A stretch of DNA of 64,000 nucleotides from Actinomycetota bacterium (GTDB taxonomy: Bacteria; Actinomycetota; UBA4738; CALAEC01), in the NCBI GenBank assembly GCA_036000545.1, contig DASYVD010000004.1, positions 1,260 to 65,259 on the forward strand. The letters are read 5' to 3'. The notes under the pieces were generated by a model that did no database searches, had not been told where the DNA came from, and saw nothing but the letters and a program-made list of their open reading frames with translations. Within the stretch, counting starts at the first letter, position 1, and each line of letters opens with the position of its first letter. The translations under genes and the position numbers were made by a program. Shown here piece by piece: positions 29,726-39,992 of the stretch.

Positions 29726-30904
29726 ATGGCGCCCGTGAACCTCCTGGACCTCTTCATCATCTTCCTCGTCATCCTCGCCGCAGTTCTTGGGTACCGTAGA
29801 GGAGCAGTGCTCCAGGTCTTCGCCTACGGGGGCCTGGTGCTCGGCCTGTTCCTGGGGGTCCTCCTGGCTCCCCGGGTCGCATCCCTGGCTCGCGACCCGT
29901 TCACCCAGGCCATGCTGGCCCTGGGGACGCTGATCTTCGTGCCCGCCTTGCTGGACGGGGTCGGCTGGTACGTGGGGGCGCACGCATCCGCGGCCACCCG
30001 TCGGGTCTTCGACCCGGTCGACGCCATGGCCGGAACCGTGGTGGGAGCGGTGGCCATGCTCCTGGCCACGTGGCTCCTGGCCTTCAACCTGATCCAGGGG
30101 CCGTTCCCAGTCCTGGCGCGCCAGATCCGGCACTCTGCGGTGGTTCGGGCGATGGACGCGGTGTTCCCCCGGCCGCCGCCGCTCCTGGCACAAGCTCGCC
30201 GGTTCCTCGAGCGGTCGGGGTTCCCAGAGGTGTTCGCGGGCTTGCCCCCCTTCCCGATCGGGCCGGTGCGCAGCCCGACCAGGGGCGAGTTCAACGAAGC
30301 CATCGACGCCTCCGACCAGAGCACTGCGCGCGTCGCCGGTGAAGCCTGCGACCGCATCAGGGTCGGAAGCGGCTTCGTGGTTGAACCCGGCTACATCGTC
30401 ACCAACGCGCACGTGGTCGCGGGGGTGGACGCGCCGGAGGTCCAGTTCCCCGCCGCCGGTCCCTTCGCTGCCACGACGGTCCTGTTCGACGACGACACGG
30501 ACCTGGCGGTGCTCTACGTCGGGAACTCGCTCCCGCGAGATCTGGATCTGCTTGGGTCGGACCTCGATCGTGGCGGCGGTGGAGCCGTTCTCGGCTACCC
30601 CGGTGGAGCGGAGCTCACGGCATCGACTGCCGGGGTCCGCCGCCGGCTGAACGCCGTGGGCCGCGACATCTACGGCCGGGACACCGTTGAGCGCGAGGTG
30701 TACGAGCTCCAGACCAGGGTTCGCCCGGGGAACTCCGGCGGGCCGTTCGTGACCCCCGAGGGGGATGTGGCCGGCGTGGTGTTCGCCGCGTCGACCACGG
30801 ACAACGACGTTGGGTACGCGCTCACGTCGACGCAGGTGGAACCGGTGATCAGACGGGGACTGGGACGCACGAGCGCGGTCGGCACCGGCCCCTGCATCCG
30901 GTAG
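29726..30904 (+). CDS. MarP-like membrane serine protease (CvpA-type TM N-terminus plus trypsin-like S1 domain)
   Basis: The N-terminus has 4 TM helices and a C-terminal chymotrypsin fold follows (TNAHVV ... D ... GNSGGP). The start is ATG 29726 or GTG 29735. The stop TAG sits at the edge of repeat copy 1. Confidence 0.75.
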   Translation: MAPVNLLDLFIIFLVILAAVLGYRRGAVLQVFAYGGLVLGLFLGVLLAPRVASLARDPFTQAMLALGTLIFVPALLDGVGWYVGAHASAATRRVFDPVDAMAGTVVGAVAMLLATWLLAFNLIQGPFPVLARQIRHSAVVRAMDAVFPRPPPLLAQARRFLERSGFPEVFAGLPPFPIGPVRSPTRGEFNEAIDASDQSTARVAGEACDRIRVGSGFVVEPGYIVTNAHVVAGVDAPEVQFPAAGPFAATTVLFDDDTDLAVLYVGNSLPRDLDLLGSDLDRGGGGAVLGYPGGAELTASTAGVRRRLNAVGRDIYGRDTVEREVYELQTRVRPGNSGGPFVTPEGDVAGVVFAASTTDNDVGYALTSTQVEPVIRRGLGRTSAVGTGPCIR

Positions 30905-30976
30905 GGGGGTCCGGGGGGAGTAGCTCGCCCGGAGCCCTCGAGCGGACGAGTAGCATAGCGAGCGGTCCCCCCGGAG
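30904..30976. repeat. Dispersed GC-rich hairpin repeat, copy 1 (family of 4 in this window)
   Basis: The sequence is GGGGGGTCCGGGGGGAGTAGCTCGCCCGGAG-N22-AGCGAGCGGTCCCCCCGGAG. It lies between the convergent ends of the MarP gene and the GDE gene and is immediately followed by TTGACA. Confidence 0.7.
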
Positions 30977-30989
30977 TTGACAGGGCCCG

Positions 30990-33266
30990 CTATTCCTCCA
31001 TCACCACGCGGACGTCGCCGTCCCGGGAGACCAGCGAGAACCCCGTCATCTCCCCCTCGCGGCGGAAGACCAGGGTCAGCGTGCTCTCCCCCACTTTGAG
31101 GTTCCGGAGCTCCACGTAGTTCAGCCACCGGGGGAGGTGAGGCTTGTTCACCGTGAGCAGGTTCTGGTGGGCCATTGCGGAGAGTCCCAGCATCGCCTGG
31201 AGGAGGAGGAACGGGCTCCCCGCGGCCCATGCCTGTGGCGAGCACGCCACCGGGTACTGAACGGGGCTCGTGGGGGTCCTTCGGGTGAACCCGCAGTACA
31301 GCTCGGGGAGCCGCATGTAGTCGCTGTGCACGGCGGCGTCGAACATCGCCGTCGCCACCCGGTTCGTCGTGTTCACGAAGCCGTAGCGCTTCAGCCCCGC
31401 GGCGATCAGCGCGTTGTCGTGTGGCCACACCGAGCCGTCGTGGTAGCTCATGGGATTGTAGGCCTTGGCCGTCTTGCTCATGGTCCGGATCCCCCACCCC
31501 GAGAACATGTCCGGCTGGAACAGTCGTCGGGCCACCTTCTCCGCGAAGTCGTCGTCCACGGCCCCGCAGTACAGGAGATGGCCGGGGTTCGACACCACGG
31601 TGCGAACCTGCTGCTTCGCGCCGTCCAGCGCGCCGGCGAAGTACTGCTCGTCCTCCATCCAGAACGCCTCGGCGAGACGGTCGCGGATTACGGACGCCTC
31701 CTTACGGAGACGGGCGGCCCGCTCCTCGTCGCCGACCACCGCGTAGACGTCGGCCATTCGGACCTTGGCCATGTACACGTATCCCTGTACCTCGACGAGC
31801 GCGATGGGCGGCTCCGCCAGGTTGCCGTCGGTGTGGACCACGGAGTTCCAGGAGTCCTTCCACCCCTGGTTGGTCAGCCCCCGCTTCGACCGGCTCCGGT
31901 ACTCGACCAACCCATCGCCGTCCTGGTCGCCGTACTCGTCGATCCACGCCAGTGCGGCCTCCGCCGCCGGCATGAGCTCGTCGAGGAAGGCCCGGTCGTT
32001 CGTCCACCGGAAGTACTGCGCCAGCAGGATCAGGAACCACGGCGTGGAGTCGACCGACCCGTAGTAGGGAGTATGCGGGAGGAAATTGGAGCCGGCCAGC
32101 TCGCCTCGGCGGATCTCGTGGAGGATCTTCCCGGGCTCCTCGTCGCGCCAGTGGTCAACCTTGGTTCCCTGGAGCCGCGCGAGCACCTGGAGGCTCTCGC
32201 GAGCCGGACCGGTGTTGAGCATGAGGAGCTGATGCGACGTGATCAGGGTGTCTCGCCCGAACACGGCGACGTACCACGGGATGCCCGCGGCGATCACCCC
32301 GCCGCCGTCCAGCCTTGTGTAGAGCGCCCGGAGGTCCCGCAGGCCCCGGGTAAGCAACGAGTTGAAGAGCTCGTTGTCCGTCCGGATCTGGGTGCACTCC
32401 CGCTCCCAGTCCTCGTAGGACCGGCGAAGCTCGTGCACCACGCTGTCGAAGTCGTGGGCGGGGAGCTCCTCCTCGCCGACCTTCGGCTCCACGGTGATGG
32501 CCACCACCTTGGTCTCGTGGGCCTTCAGGTCGAGTCCGAAATCCGCCTCGACGAGGTCGCCGCGGACTTCGAGTCTCGCCGGGTCCATGGCGAACTCGAT
32601 CCGGCTCACCCTCCGCACGCCGTCCTCTCCGAGATACGCGAACTCGACCGTTCGTCCCTCCGCGCGAGGCGGATCGTGGTGCCCGCGCGTGGGCCGAGTG
32701 AGACCCCGAACCTCGAAGATGTCGTGGAAGTCCGCTCCGAACGACAGCTGGATGTCCAGCCGGACCGGGAAGGCGTTGTAGTTCTTCACGCGGATCCGCT
32801 CGTACACGCGGCCGCCGACGGCCCGGAGGCGTCGGATGTTGAGGGTCTGCTGGGGGACGACGAGCTGTTGGTCCTCGTCGTAGAGGGCGGGGTTCGTGAG
32901 ATCCACGAACGACATGTAGGCGCGCTCCGCGGACGAGGAGAGCAGGATCGGATCTCGTCCGGAGATCCGCAGGCGCAGGTGCGACAGGAACCGCGTGTCC
33001 CGGTAGTACATCCCGAGACCGAACCCAGCTCGGTCGTCGAGGTTTCCCTCGGTATCGGAGTAGACGAAGGTCTCACCTTCCTTGACCGCCAGGACCTTGC
33101 TGGGAAGCTCGGCCACGACGACCGGGGCCTGGGCGTGCAACACACGCCCCGCTGCATCGAGGGAGGCTTCGAGGTCTTCCTGCCGGCCGGGCACCGGGCG
33201 ATCGCTCGGGGGTGGCTGGCGGTCGTCGGGAGGTCGGGGAAGAGCGGACGGGTGTTCGTCGCTCAT
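30990..33266 (-). CDS. Amylo-alpha-1,6-glucosidase family (glycogen-debranching-enzyme-like N-terminal and C-terminal domains) protein
   Basis: It is 758 aa with the GDE_C-like six-hairpin glycosidase region WYVAVFGRDTLITS...GLVEYRS....GLTNQGWKDSWNSV. Confidence 0.8.
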   Translation of the reverse strand: MSDEHPSALPRPPDDRQPPPSDRPVPGRQEDLEASLDAAGRVLHAQAPVVVAELPSKVLAVKEGETFVYSDTEGNLDDRAGFGLGMYYRDTRFLSHLRLRISGRDPILLSSSAERAYMSFVDLTNPALYDEDQQLVVPQQTLNIRRLRAVGGRVYERIRVKNYNAFPVRLDIQLSFGADFHDIFEVRGLTRPTRGHHDPPRAEGRTVEFAYLGEDGVRRVSRIEFAMDPARLEVRGDLVEADFGLDLKAHETKVVAITVEPKVGEEELPAHDFDSVVHELRRSYEDWERECTQIRTDNELFNSLLTRGLRDLRALYTRLDGGGVIAAGIPWYVAVFGRDTLITSHQLLMLNTGPARESLQVLARLQGTKVDHWRDEEPGKILHEIRRGELAGSNFLPHTPYYGSVDSTPWFLILLAQYFRWTNDRAFLDELMPAAEAALAWIDEYGDQDGDGLVEYRSRSKRGLTNQGWKDSWNSVVHTDGNLAEPPIALVEVQGYVYMAKVRMADVYAVVGDEERAARLRKEASVIRDRLAEAFWMEDEQYFAGALDGAKQQVRTVVSNPGHLLYCGAVDDDFAEKVARRLFQPDMFSGWGIRTMSKTAKAYNPMSYHDGSVWPHDNALIAAGLKRYGFVNTTNRVATAMFDAAVHSDYMRLPELYCGFTRRTPTSPVQYPVACSPQAWAAGSPFLLLQAMLGLSAMAHQNLLTVNKPHLPRWLNYVELRNLKVGESTLTLVFRREGEMTGFSLVSRDGDVRVVMEE

Positions 33267-33448
33267 TGGGGCGGCAGTCTAGGTGGGACTTCTCACCTCC
33301 TCAACCTCTCAGACCATCTTCCAGTGTCGGCGGGTTACAGGAGCAACCTGAGGAACACACTCACCGCGAGCGGCCGGGCTCGGAGGCCGAGCGCGCCCAG
33401 CCCCCTTCCCTCGCCCACGCGCTCAACCCCCTCGCCCGGCCAACCCAC

Positions 33449-34315
33449 CTAGAGCCTCCTCAGCTCAGCTCCTGGAGCAATGCGGGGACGGAGGACGCGC
33501 CAGCCGGGTCCGAGCTCTGGGACGACGGCGCTGTCGGTCTCGAACGCGAGGAGCGAAGGCCCCGCTCCCGCCACGCATACCGCCAGGCCGGCGTCGCGGA
33601 GGTCCTGAAAGAGAGCACGAGAGGCCGGGGCCAGGGCCAGCCGGCGGGCCTGGTGGAGCCGGTCTTCGAGGGCCTCGAGAAGGAGCTCGGGCCGGGCGGT
33701 CAGCGCGACCACGGTGAGAGCCGCCCGGCCCACGTTGTGGGCGGCGGCGGAGAGGGGGACCTCTCTCGGAAGGATCCGCCGGGCGTCGGCTGTCGGGACG
33801 CGCTCCTCCTCCGGAACGAGCAGGACAGGGCGGAGCGACGCGTGCGGCTCCAGGGGCTCGGCTCGCCATCCCGTTGCCGATAGATAGGCGACCACCAGCC
33901 CTCCGAGGATGCAGGCGGCCACGTTGTCCGGGTGGCCTTCGATGTCCACAGCGACCTGGAGCAGCCCGGGGGGGTCGAGACGGGACCCGATCAGCTCGTT
34001 GGCGAGCAGGAGACCGGCGACCGTCGCCGACGACGACGACCCGAGACCCCGTTCGAGCGGGATGGCGTTTCGGCACCGGAGTCTGAACGGGGGCAGGGAC
34101 CCGCCGGCCTCGCGCGCGAGGTAGGCCATGGACCGGAACACGAGGTTGGAGGCGTCCTCGGGGAGCTCACCGGCTCCCTCACCCTCCACGACCACGGCCG
34201 GCCGGGCCTCCGTGTCGACTTCCACCTCGTTCTCGACGTCCACGGCGAGGGCCAGGGCGTCAAATCCCGGGCCGAGGTTGGCCACGGTGGCCGGAGTCCG
34301 GGCGAGGAGGCGCAT
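33449..34315 (-). CDS. thrB: Homoserine kinase
   Basis: It belongs to the GHMP kinase family (TVANLGPGFDALALAV, PLERGLGSSSSATVAG). The ATG overlaps the thrC stop (ATGA). The start was trimmed from the ORF 33449..34429. Confidence 0.85.
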   Translation of the reverse strand: MRLLARTPATVANLGPGFDALALAVDVENEVEVDTEARPAVVVEGEGAGELPEDASNLVFRSMAYLAREAGGSLPPFRLRCRNAIPLERGLGSSSSATVAGLLLANELIGSRLDPPGLLQVAVDIEGHPDNVAACILGGLVVAYLSATGWRAEPLEPHASLRPVLLVPEEERVPTADARRILPREVPLSAAAHNVGRAALTVVALTARPELLLEALEDRLHQARRLALAPASRALFQDLRDAGLAVCVAGAGPSLLAFETDSAVVPELGPGWRVLRPRIAPGAELRRL

Positions 34316-35400
34316 CAGAGACCGAGCTCGGCGGCCACCGCGTCGGGGTCGGCCGGGACCGTCGCCGGCGGAACGGTCCGGGACACCGCGACCTGAGGGT
34401 CCTTCAGACCGTGGCCGGTGAGGACGCACACGACGACGTCCCCGCGCGAGATTCGCTCCCCCTCGGCCACCGCCAGAAGCCCGGCCACCGACGCCGCCGA
34501 CGCCGGCTCGCAGAAGATGCCCTCTCTGGCCAACCGGTCGTACGCGGCCAGGATGTCGTTGTCGGGGACGGCCAGGATGTCTCCCCCGGATTCCTCCGCG
34601 GCCCGGACGGCTCCCTCCCAGGACGCCGGGTTGCCGATGCGGATCGCGCTGGCAACCGTCTCGGGGTGCTCGACCGGCTCCCCGCGAACGATCGGCGCCG
34701 CGCCCTCGGCCTGGAACCCGAAGACAACCGGCAGGGCGTCCGTCCTCCCGCCGTCCCGGTACTCTCGGTAGCCCATCCAGTGGCTGGTGATGTTCCCCGC
34801 ATTCCCCACCGGAAGGAGGTGGACGTCGGGTGCACGACCGAGGGCGTCACAGATCTCGAAAGCGCAGGTCTTCTGACCTTGCAGCCGGTCGGGGTTCACC
34901 GAGTTGACCATGGTGACGGGGTGGGCGTCGGCGAGCTGGCGGGTGAGGACCAGCGCTCGGTCGAAGCTCCCTTCGACCTCGAGGACCCTGGCCCCGGCCA
35001 CCAGCGTCTGGGCCATCTTCCCGAGAGCCACTCCGCCCTTGGGCACGACGACGGCGCAGGTGAGCCCGGCCCGGGCGGCATACGCCGCGGCCGAGGCGCT
35101 GGTGTTGCCGGTGGACGCGCACACCACGGCCTTCGACCCCTGCTCCAGGGCCTTGGAGACGGCCACGGTCATCCCCCGATCCTTGAACGAGCCGGTCGGG
35201 TTGGCTCCCTCGACCTTCAGGAAGACCTCGCAGCCCGTCGCCTGGGAGAGGGAGGCGGACCGAACCAGCGGCGTCCCACCCTCGAGCAGAGTGACCACCG
35301 GGGTCGCGTCGGTCACGGGCAGCCGGGCCCGGAACTCCTCGATGACCCCGCGCCAGGGCGCGGGGCGGGCCCTTCTCGGCGAGCCAGCCCTACTCGCCAC
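34315..35400 (-). CDS. thrC: Threonine synthase
   Basis: It has the PLP-fold motif [22 protein letters not shown] and sits in operon with hom and thrB. Confidence 0.85.
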   Translation of the reverse strand: MASRAGSPRRARPAPWRGVIEEFRARLPVTDATPVVTLLEGGTPLVRSASLSQATGCEVFLKVEGANPTGSFKDRGMTVAVSKALEQGSKAVVCASTGNTSASAAAYAARAGLTCAVVVPKGGVALGKMAQTLVAGARVLEVEGSFDRALVLTRQLADAHPVTMVNSVNPDRLQGQKTCAFEICDALGRAPDVHLLPVGNAGNITSHWMGYREYRDGGRTDALPVVFGFQAEGAAPIVRGEPVEHPETVASAIRIGNPASWEGAVRAAEESGGDILAVPDNDILAAYDRLAREGIFCEPASAASVAGLLAVAEGERISRGDVVVCVLTGHGLKDPQVAVSRTVPPATVPADPDAVAAELGL

Positions 35401-36682
35401 CCTCCACCCGCATGACGCTCTTGACCTCGGAGACGACGTCCAGGGCCCGCAGGTCGTTCACCGTCCGCTGGAGCGCTCCTTCGTTGGCCCGGTGAGTGAT
35501 CATCACCAGGAGGGCTCTCTCGCCGCCCCCCTCCTGCCACACCTCCTTGATGGAGACCTCGTTCTCCCCGAACGCTCCCGCCACCTTGGCCAAGACGCCC
35601 GGTCGGTCCACCGCCTCCAGGAGCAGGTAGTACTGACTCTCGTGACGGTCCATCGGGCGGACCGTTCGCTCCTCGTAGCAGGTGCAGCCGATCTCCCGGC
35701 CGCCCCACTTGAGATTGCGGGCCACGGCGACGAGATCACCTACCACCGCCGTGGCGGTTGGCCCCCCGCCCGCGCCCCTCCCGTAGAACATGAGAGGTCC
35801 CGCGGCCGCCCCTTCCACGAAGACGGCATTCAGATTTTCGCGCACCGCGGCCAGCGGGTGGTCCCGGGGAATCATCGCCGGGTGCACTCGGACGGCCACC
35901 TCACTGTCCTCGAGACCGGCGAACGCGATGAGCTTGATGACGTAGCCGAGACGCTCGGCGAACCGGATATCCTCGGCGGTCACGCCGGCGATCCCCTCGC
36001 GGTACACGTCGCTCGCCACCACCCGGGCGTTGAAGGCGATCGAGGCCAGGATGGCGCACTTGGCCGCGGCATCGAACCCCTCGACGTCTTCGGTGGGATC
36101 GCGCTCCGCGTAGCCGAGCTGCTGCGCCTGCGCCAGGGCGTCCGGGAACGACATCCCGTCCTCCGTCATCCGAGTCAGGACGTAGTTCGTCGTTCCGTTC
36201 ACGATGCCCATCAATCGAATGACACGCTCGCCGGCGAGCGACTCCTTCATCGGTCGGACCAGCGGGATCCCTCCGGCTACCGACCCTTCGAAGGCCAGAT
36301 CTGCTCGGGTCTCTTCCGCCGCGTCGAAGAGCTCCCTGCCGAAGTTGGCGAGAAGCTCCTTGTTCGCCGTGACCACGGGCTTGCCGGCTCGGAGCGACCG
36401 GAGGATCAACGAGCGGGCAGGCTCGATGCCCCCGATGACCTCGCAGACCACGTCCACGTCGGGATCGTCGACGACCTCCTCTGGAGCAGTGGTGAACAGC
36501 TCCTGGGGAACCGGGACCTCTCGGTCAGCCGACGGGTTGCGCACCGCCACCCGCACGAGCTCGAGTCGGCAGCCTACCCGCCGTTCGATGTCCGAGCTGT
36601 GCTCGCTGAGGAGGCGGGCCACGGCGGCGCCGACGGTCCCGCATCCGAGCATGCCGATCCGTACAGGCGCTGCTTCGCTCAC
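35390..36682 (-). CDS. hom: Homoserine dehydrogenase (with C-terminal ACT domain)
   Basis: It is 430 aa with NAD-binding [17 protein letters not shown], a catalytic domain and an ACT domain. Confidence 0.85.
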   Translation of the reverse strand: MSEAAPVRIGMLGCGTVGAAVARLLSEHSSDIERRVGCRLELVRVAVRNPSADREVPVPQELFTTAPEEVVDDPDVDVVCEVIGGIEPARSLILRSLRAGKPVVTANKELLANFGRELFDAAEETRADLAFEGSVAGGIPLVRPMKESLAGERVIRLMGIVNGTTNYVLTRMTEDGMSFPDALAQAQQLGYAERDPTEDVEGFDAAAKCAILASIAFNARVVASDVYREGIAGVTAEDIRFAERLGYVIKLIAFAGLEDSEVAVRVHPAMIPRDHPLAAVRENLNAVFVEGAAAGPLMFYGRGAGGGPTATAVVGDLVAVARNLKWGGREIGCTCYEERTVRPMDRHESQYYLLLEAVDRPGVLAKVAGAFGENEVSIKEVWQEGGGERALLVMITHRANEGALQRTVNDLRALDVVSEVKSVMRVEGGE

Positions 36683-36725
36683 CGATGAGGTTCCGGTCCG
36701 CGGGTGGGGGGTAACCTCGTCCCGC

Positions 36726-37319
36726 TCACGGGAGCCACCGGGCCATCACGATCTCGTCGTCGTAGCCGTAGGACTTCTTCGACTGACCGATGAGGCGGCC
36801 CTCTTCCTCGAACCCGAATTTCCGGTACAGCGCCCGGGCCACCTCGTTGTGCGGGTAGACGGTCAGGCTCACCTTCTCCACCCCCGACCACTCGGCCCAT
36901 CGAAGAGCCTCGGCGAGAAGAGCCGAACCAACACCTCGCCCGCGCCACTCCCGAGAGACCGACATCCCCAACTCGGCCACGTGCCGGAGGTTGGCGTGCT
37001 TCTCCCGCGTGATCCCCAGGTCGCCAACGACTCGCCCATCCGCCACGGCCACGATGCGTGCGCCGGTGGATGTCCACGACCTACGGAACTGCCGGCGCAG
37101 CTGGCGCACGGTCCAGGGAACTTCCTCCGTCCGGATGAACCGCCGCTCCGCGGCGACGGCCTTCACCAGGTCGAGGATCTGCCGGGCGTCACTGGGGCGG
37201 GCGGGCCGCACTTCCACACCCGGCGGCGGGAAAGGCTCCGGGAGCGACGGACCGGTCGGCCGGCCGCGTGAGACCGGCGGAGCCCCTTCATCTCCGCGAT
37301 TTTCCCCTGGAACCCCCAT
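36726..37319 (-). CDS. GNAT family N-acetyltransferase (occupies the slot where lysA lies in other actinobacteria)
   Basis: The acetyl-CoA motif is REWRGRGVGSALL...ALYRKFGFEEEG. The ATG immediately follows the argS stop (TAGATG). Confidence 0.6.
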   Translation of the reverse strand: MGVPGENRGDEGAPPVSRGRPTGPSLPEPFPPPGVEVRPARPSDARQILDLVKAVAAERRFIRTEEVPWTVRQLRRQFRRSWTSTGARIVAVADGRVVGDLGITREKHANLRHVAELGMSVSREWRGRGVGSALLAEALRWAEWSGVEKVSLTVYPHNEVARALYRKFGFEEEGRLIGQSKKSYGYDDEIVMARWLP

Positions 37320-39002
37320 CTATTCGGTTCCCTCCAGCCGCTCCATGCTGTCCGGCGCCGAGACGCCGAGGATCGCCAGCACGTTGCCGATCACCTGCTT
37401 GGTAGCCGCGGCGAGATGCATGCGCGCCTGGGTGAGGTCGGGGTCATCGGTCACCACCCGGCACTCCGTGTAGAAACGGTGGAAGTCGGCGGCCAACTCC
37501 TCCGCGTACCGGGTCAGCCGGTACGGCGCCCTGCCCTCAGCTGCGAACCGCACCTGTTCCGGCATCTCCGCGATCTTCCGGAGCAGGTCGAGCTCGGTCT
37601 CGTGGACCAGCTCCTCGGCCCGGACCTTCTCGAAGGGCTCCATGGCGACGCCCTGCTCCTCGGCGAACCGAAGGATGCTGGCGATCCGGGCGTGCGCGTA
37701 CTGGACGTAATACACGGGATTCTCCAAGGTCTGGCTCTTCACGAGGTCGATATCGAAGTCGAGCGCGGTGTCGGTGGAACGGGTAAGGAGCGTGTATCGG
37801 GCGGCGTCCGGTCCGACCTCGTCGAGTACCTCGTCGAGTGTGATGATGTCGCCGGTCCGCTTGCTCATCCGCACCGGTTCTCCCCCCCGGTACAGGTTGA
37901 CCAGCTGGTACAGGATGAACTCCACCCGGTCGACCTCGTAACCGAACGCCTGCGCCGCCCCCACGAGGCGCTTCATGGTCCCGTGGTGGTCGGCCCCCCA
38001 CACGTAGATCAGCCGGTCGAACCCACGGGCGAACTTCTCGCGGAGGTACGCGCAGTCGGCCGCGAAGTAGGTGGGCTCCCCGTTGGAGCGCACCAGCACG
38101 CGGTCCTTCTCGTCCCCGAACCGAGTGGACCGGAACCAGATTGCTCCGTCGTCCTCGTAGGCCAGCTCCCGGTCCTTGAGGAGTTGGATGGCCTGGTCGA
38201 TCCGGCCCTCGGCCCGAAGTGTGGTCTCGCGGAACCAGGTCTCGATGCGCACGTTCATCCGATCCAACGTTGCCCGGATGGCGTCGAGCTCCCGGCGCAT
38301 CCCTTCATCCCCAAGCAGGGCCCGGCGCTCCTCTGGAGGCAGGCTCACAAACTCATCGCCGGCGTCGGCCGCGATCTCCTCGGCGAGCTCGGCCAGGTAG
38401 CTTCCTTGATAGCCGCCCTCGGGGATCTCTGCCTCGCGCCCGAAGCGCTGGAGGTACCGGGCCTCCAGCGATGCGGCGAACAGCTCCGCCTGTCCTCCGG
38501 CGTCGTTCACGTAGTACTCGCGCTCGACTCGGTAACCCGCCGTCTCCAGCAGGCGAGCCAAGGCGTCCCCAATGGCAGCGCCCCGCCCGTGGCCTACGTG
38601 CAGTGGACCGGTGGGGTTGGCGGATACGAACTCGACCTGGACACGCTCGCCGGCCCCCACGTCGACCCGCCCGTAGGCCGGCCCGAGCCGTTCCACCTCA
38701 CCCATCACCTCGTAGAGCCAGCCGTGCGCCAGGAAGAAGTTGATGAACCCCGGCCCGGCCACCTCGGCCTTGGCCACGAAGGCGGCCGGCGGGAGGTGCT
38801 TCACGATGATGTCGGCGACATCCCTGGGATTCCGAACGATTCGCGGCGCCAGCGCCAGGGCTATATTGGTGGTGTAGTCGCCGTGGTCCTTCTGGCGGGG
38901 GCGAACCACCTCGATCGCATCGGGCACGTCTTCCAGTCGGAGCTCAACCGCGGCCGCGGCAACGGCCTCACGGACTATCCGGGCGAGCTGCTCCTCGATC
39001 AT
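37320..39002 (-). CDS. argS: Arginine--tRNA ligase
   Basis: It is a 560-aa class I ligase with HIGH-type motif SANPTGPLHVGHGRGAAIGD and KMSKS-like MSKRTG, plus a DALR anticodon-binding C-terminus. Confidence 0.9.
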   Translation of the reverse strand: MIEEQLARIVREAVAAAAVELRLEDVPDAIEVVRPRQKDHGDYTTNIALALAPRIVRNPRDVADIIVKHLPPAAFVAKAEVAGPGFINFFLAHGWLYEVMGEVERLGPAYGRVDVGAGERVQVEFVSANPTGPLHVGHGRGAAIGDALARLLETAGYRVEREYYVNDAGGQAELFAASLEARYLQRFGREAEIPEGGYQGSYLAELAEEIAADAGDEFVSLPPEERRALLGDEGMRRELDAIRATLDRMNVRIETWFRETTLRAEGRIDQAIQLLKDRELAYEDDGAIWFRSTRFGDEKDRVLVRSNGEPTYFAADCAYLREKFARGFDRLIYVWGADHHGTMKRLVGAAQAFGYEVDRVEFILYQLVNLYRGGEPVRMSKRTGDIITLDEVLDEVGPDAARYTLLTRSTDTALDFDIDLVKSQTLENPVYYVQYAHARIASILRFAEEQGVAMEPFEKVRAEELVHETELDLLRKIAEMPEQVRFAAEGRAPYRLTRYAEELAADFHRFYTECRVVTDDPDLTQARMHLAAATKQVIGNVLAILGVSAPDSMERLEGTE

Positions 39003-39017
39003 GGGCTCAGGGCGAGC

Positions 39018-39434
39018 CTACTCCTGCGGTTCCTGTGAGCCTCCCAGCGAGCGCTGGACGACCTCGATGAGCTCTCCCGGGTCGAACGGCTTGGTCACGT
39101 AGGCCACCACGCCGAGCTCGTACCCGCGCCGCCGGTCCTGGTCCTGGGCCCGGGCCGATAGGAAGATCACCGGGATGGCCGCGGTGGCCTGGTCCTCCTT
39201 GAGCCGGCGGCATACCTCCCAGCCGTCGACCCCGGGCATCATGACGTCGAGCAGGATGATGTCGGGGAGATGCTCTCTTGCCTTCTCGAACGCTTCCTCC
39301 CCCCTGGTGGCCGTGTGGACCTCGAATCCCTCGAGGTTGAAGTTCACCTGGAGAAGACGAAGGATGACGGGGTCGTCGTCGGCAACCAGGATCCGCGTCG
39401 GCCTGCTCGTCCCCGTCAAGAGTGACGGAATCAT
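39018..39434 (-). CDS. Single-domain response regulator (CheY-like receiver)
   Basis: It is 138 aa from MIPSLL (RILVADDDPVILRLL...LLDVMMPGVDGWEV...YVTKPFDPGEL). It has no output domain. Confidence 0.7.
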   Translation of the reverse strand: MIPSLLTGTSRPTRILVADDDPVILRLLQVNFNLEGFEVHTATRGEEAFEKAREHLPDIILLDVMMPGVDGWEVCRRLKEDQATAAIPVIFLSARAQDQDRRRGYELGVVAYVTKPFDPGELIEVVQRSLGGSQEPQE

Positions 39435-39463
39435 AGCAGCGAGCCGCGGCTGCGGCGCCCGGT

Positions 39464-39992
39464 TCAGGCCACTGTGAGCTCGGCCTTCATTCCCAGCTTG
39501 GCGTGCGGCTTCCCGGTCTTGGGATCGGGGAAGAAGCAGCGAACCTGATAGGTGCCGGGCTCGAGATCGATCGAGCTCCACATCCAACCGCCGGGAGCCG
39601 GTGCGAGGCTGAAGAACCCTTCTTCCTCGGCACCCTGCTCGTAGATCAGGACCTCGTGGCCCTGTTTGCCGAGGTTGGAGTCCCCACCGTCGCTTCCCCC
39701 GCTACGGCGCCTTCGATCTTGAAGTAGAACTCGCCCACCTCGATGGTGAAGTCCGCCGCAGGGACTCGCACCTCTGGTCCCGTGGCAGCTGCGACTTCGA
39801 AGAATCCCACCGGAGGGGGCCCTCTGCTTCGGGGTCGACCACGAGGTACGACCCCTCCGGGAACTCGAGCGTCGCCTGGCTGGTGCCTCCCGGCTTCGCA
39901 ACGGGGAGGCCCCGACGACCGTAATCAACGCGAGGATCGGCACGCGGCGAGGGCGACGAGGGCAAGCGCAGTGAGACGAGCAGCGATCGCGG
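39464..39992 (-). pseudogene. Cupredoxin-like (type-1 copper) lipoprotein gene disrupted by about 3 frameshifts
   Basis: Frame A (start about 39992) gives the lipoprotein signal VNRTAIAARLTALALVALAAC with a GGAGGA RBS, then hits TGA. A linker is in frame B (39702..39965). The strands ADFTIEVGEFYFKIEGAVAGEA return in frame A. The copper-site half GHEVLIYEQG...YQVRCFFPDPKTGKPHAKLGMKAELTVA (H...C...H...M) is in frame C (39464..39943). Two junctions fall in G/C homopolymer runs. Confidence 0.45.

Noticed and set aside
30947-30982. TAGCAT(A) plus TTGACA promoter-like hexamers inside or next to repeat copy 1
   Set aside because: The order and spacing (-10-like upstream of -35-like on the same strand) do not form a canonical promoter. 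It is kept only as a note inside the repeat finding.
31137-33452. 771-aa plus-strand ORF
   Set aside because: It is antisense to the GDE-family glucosidase gene.
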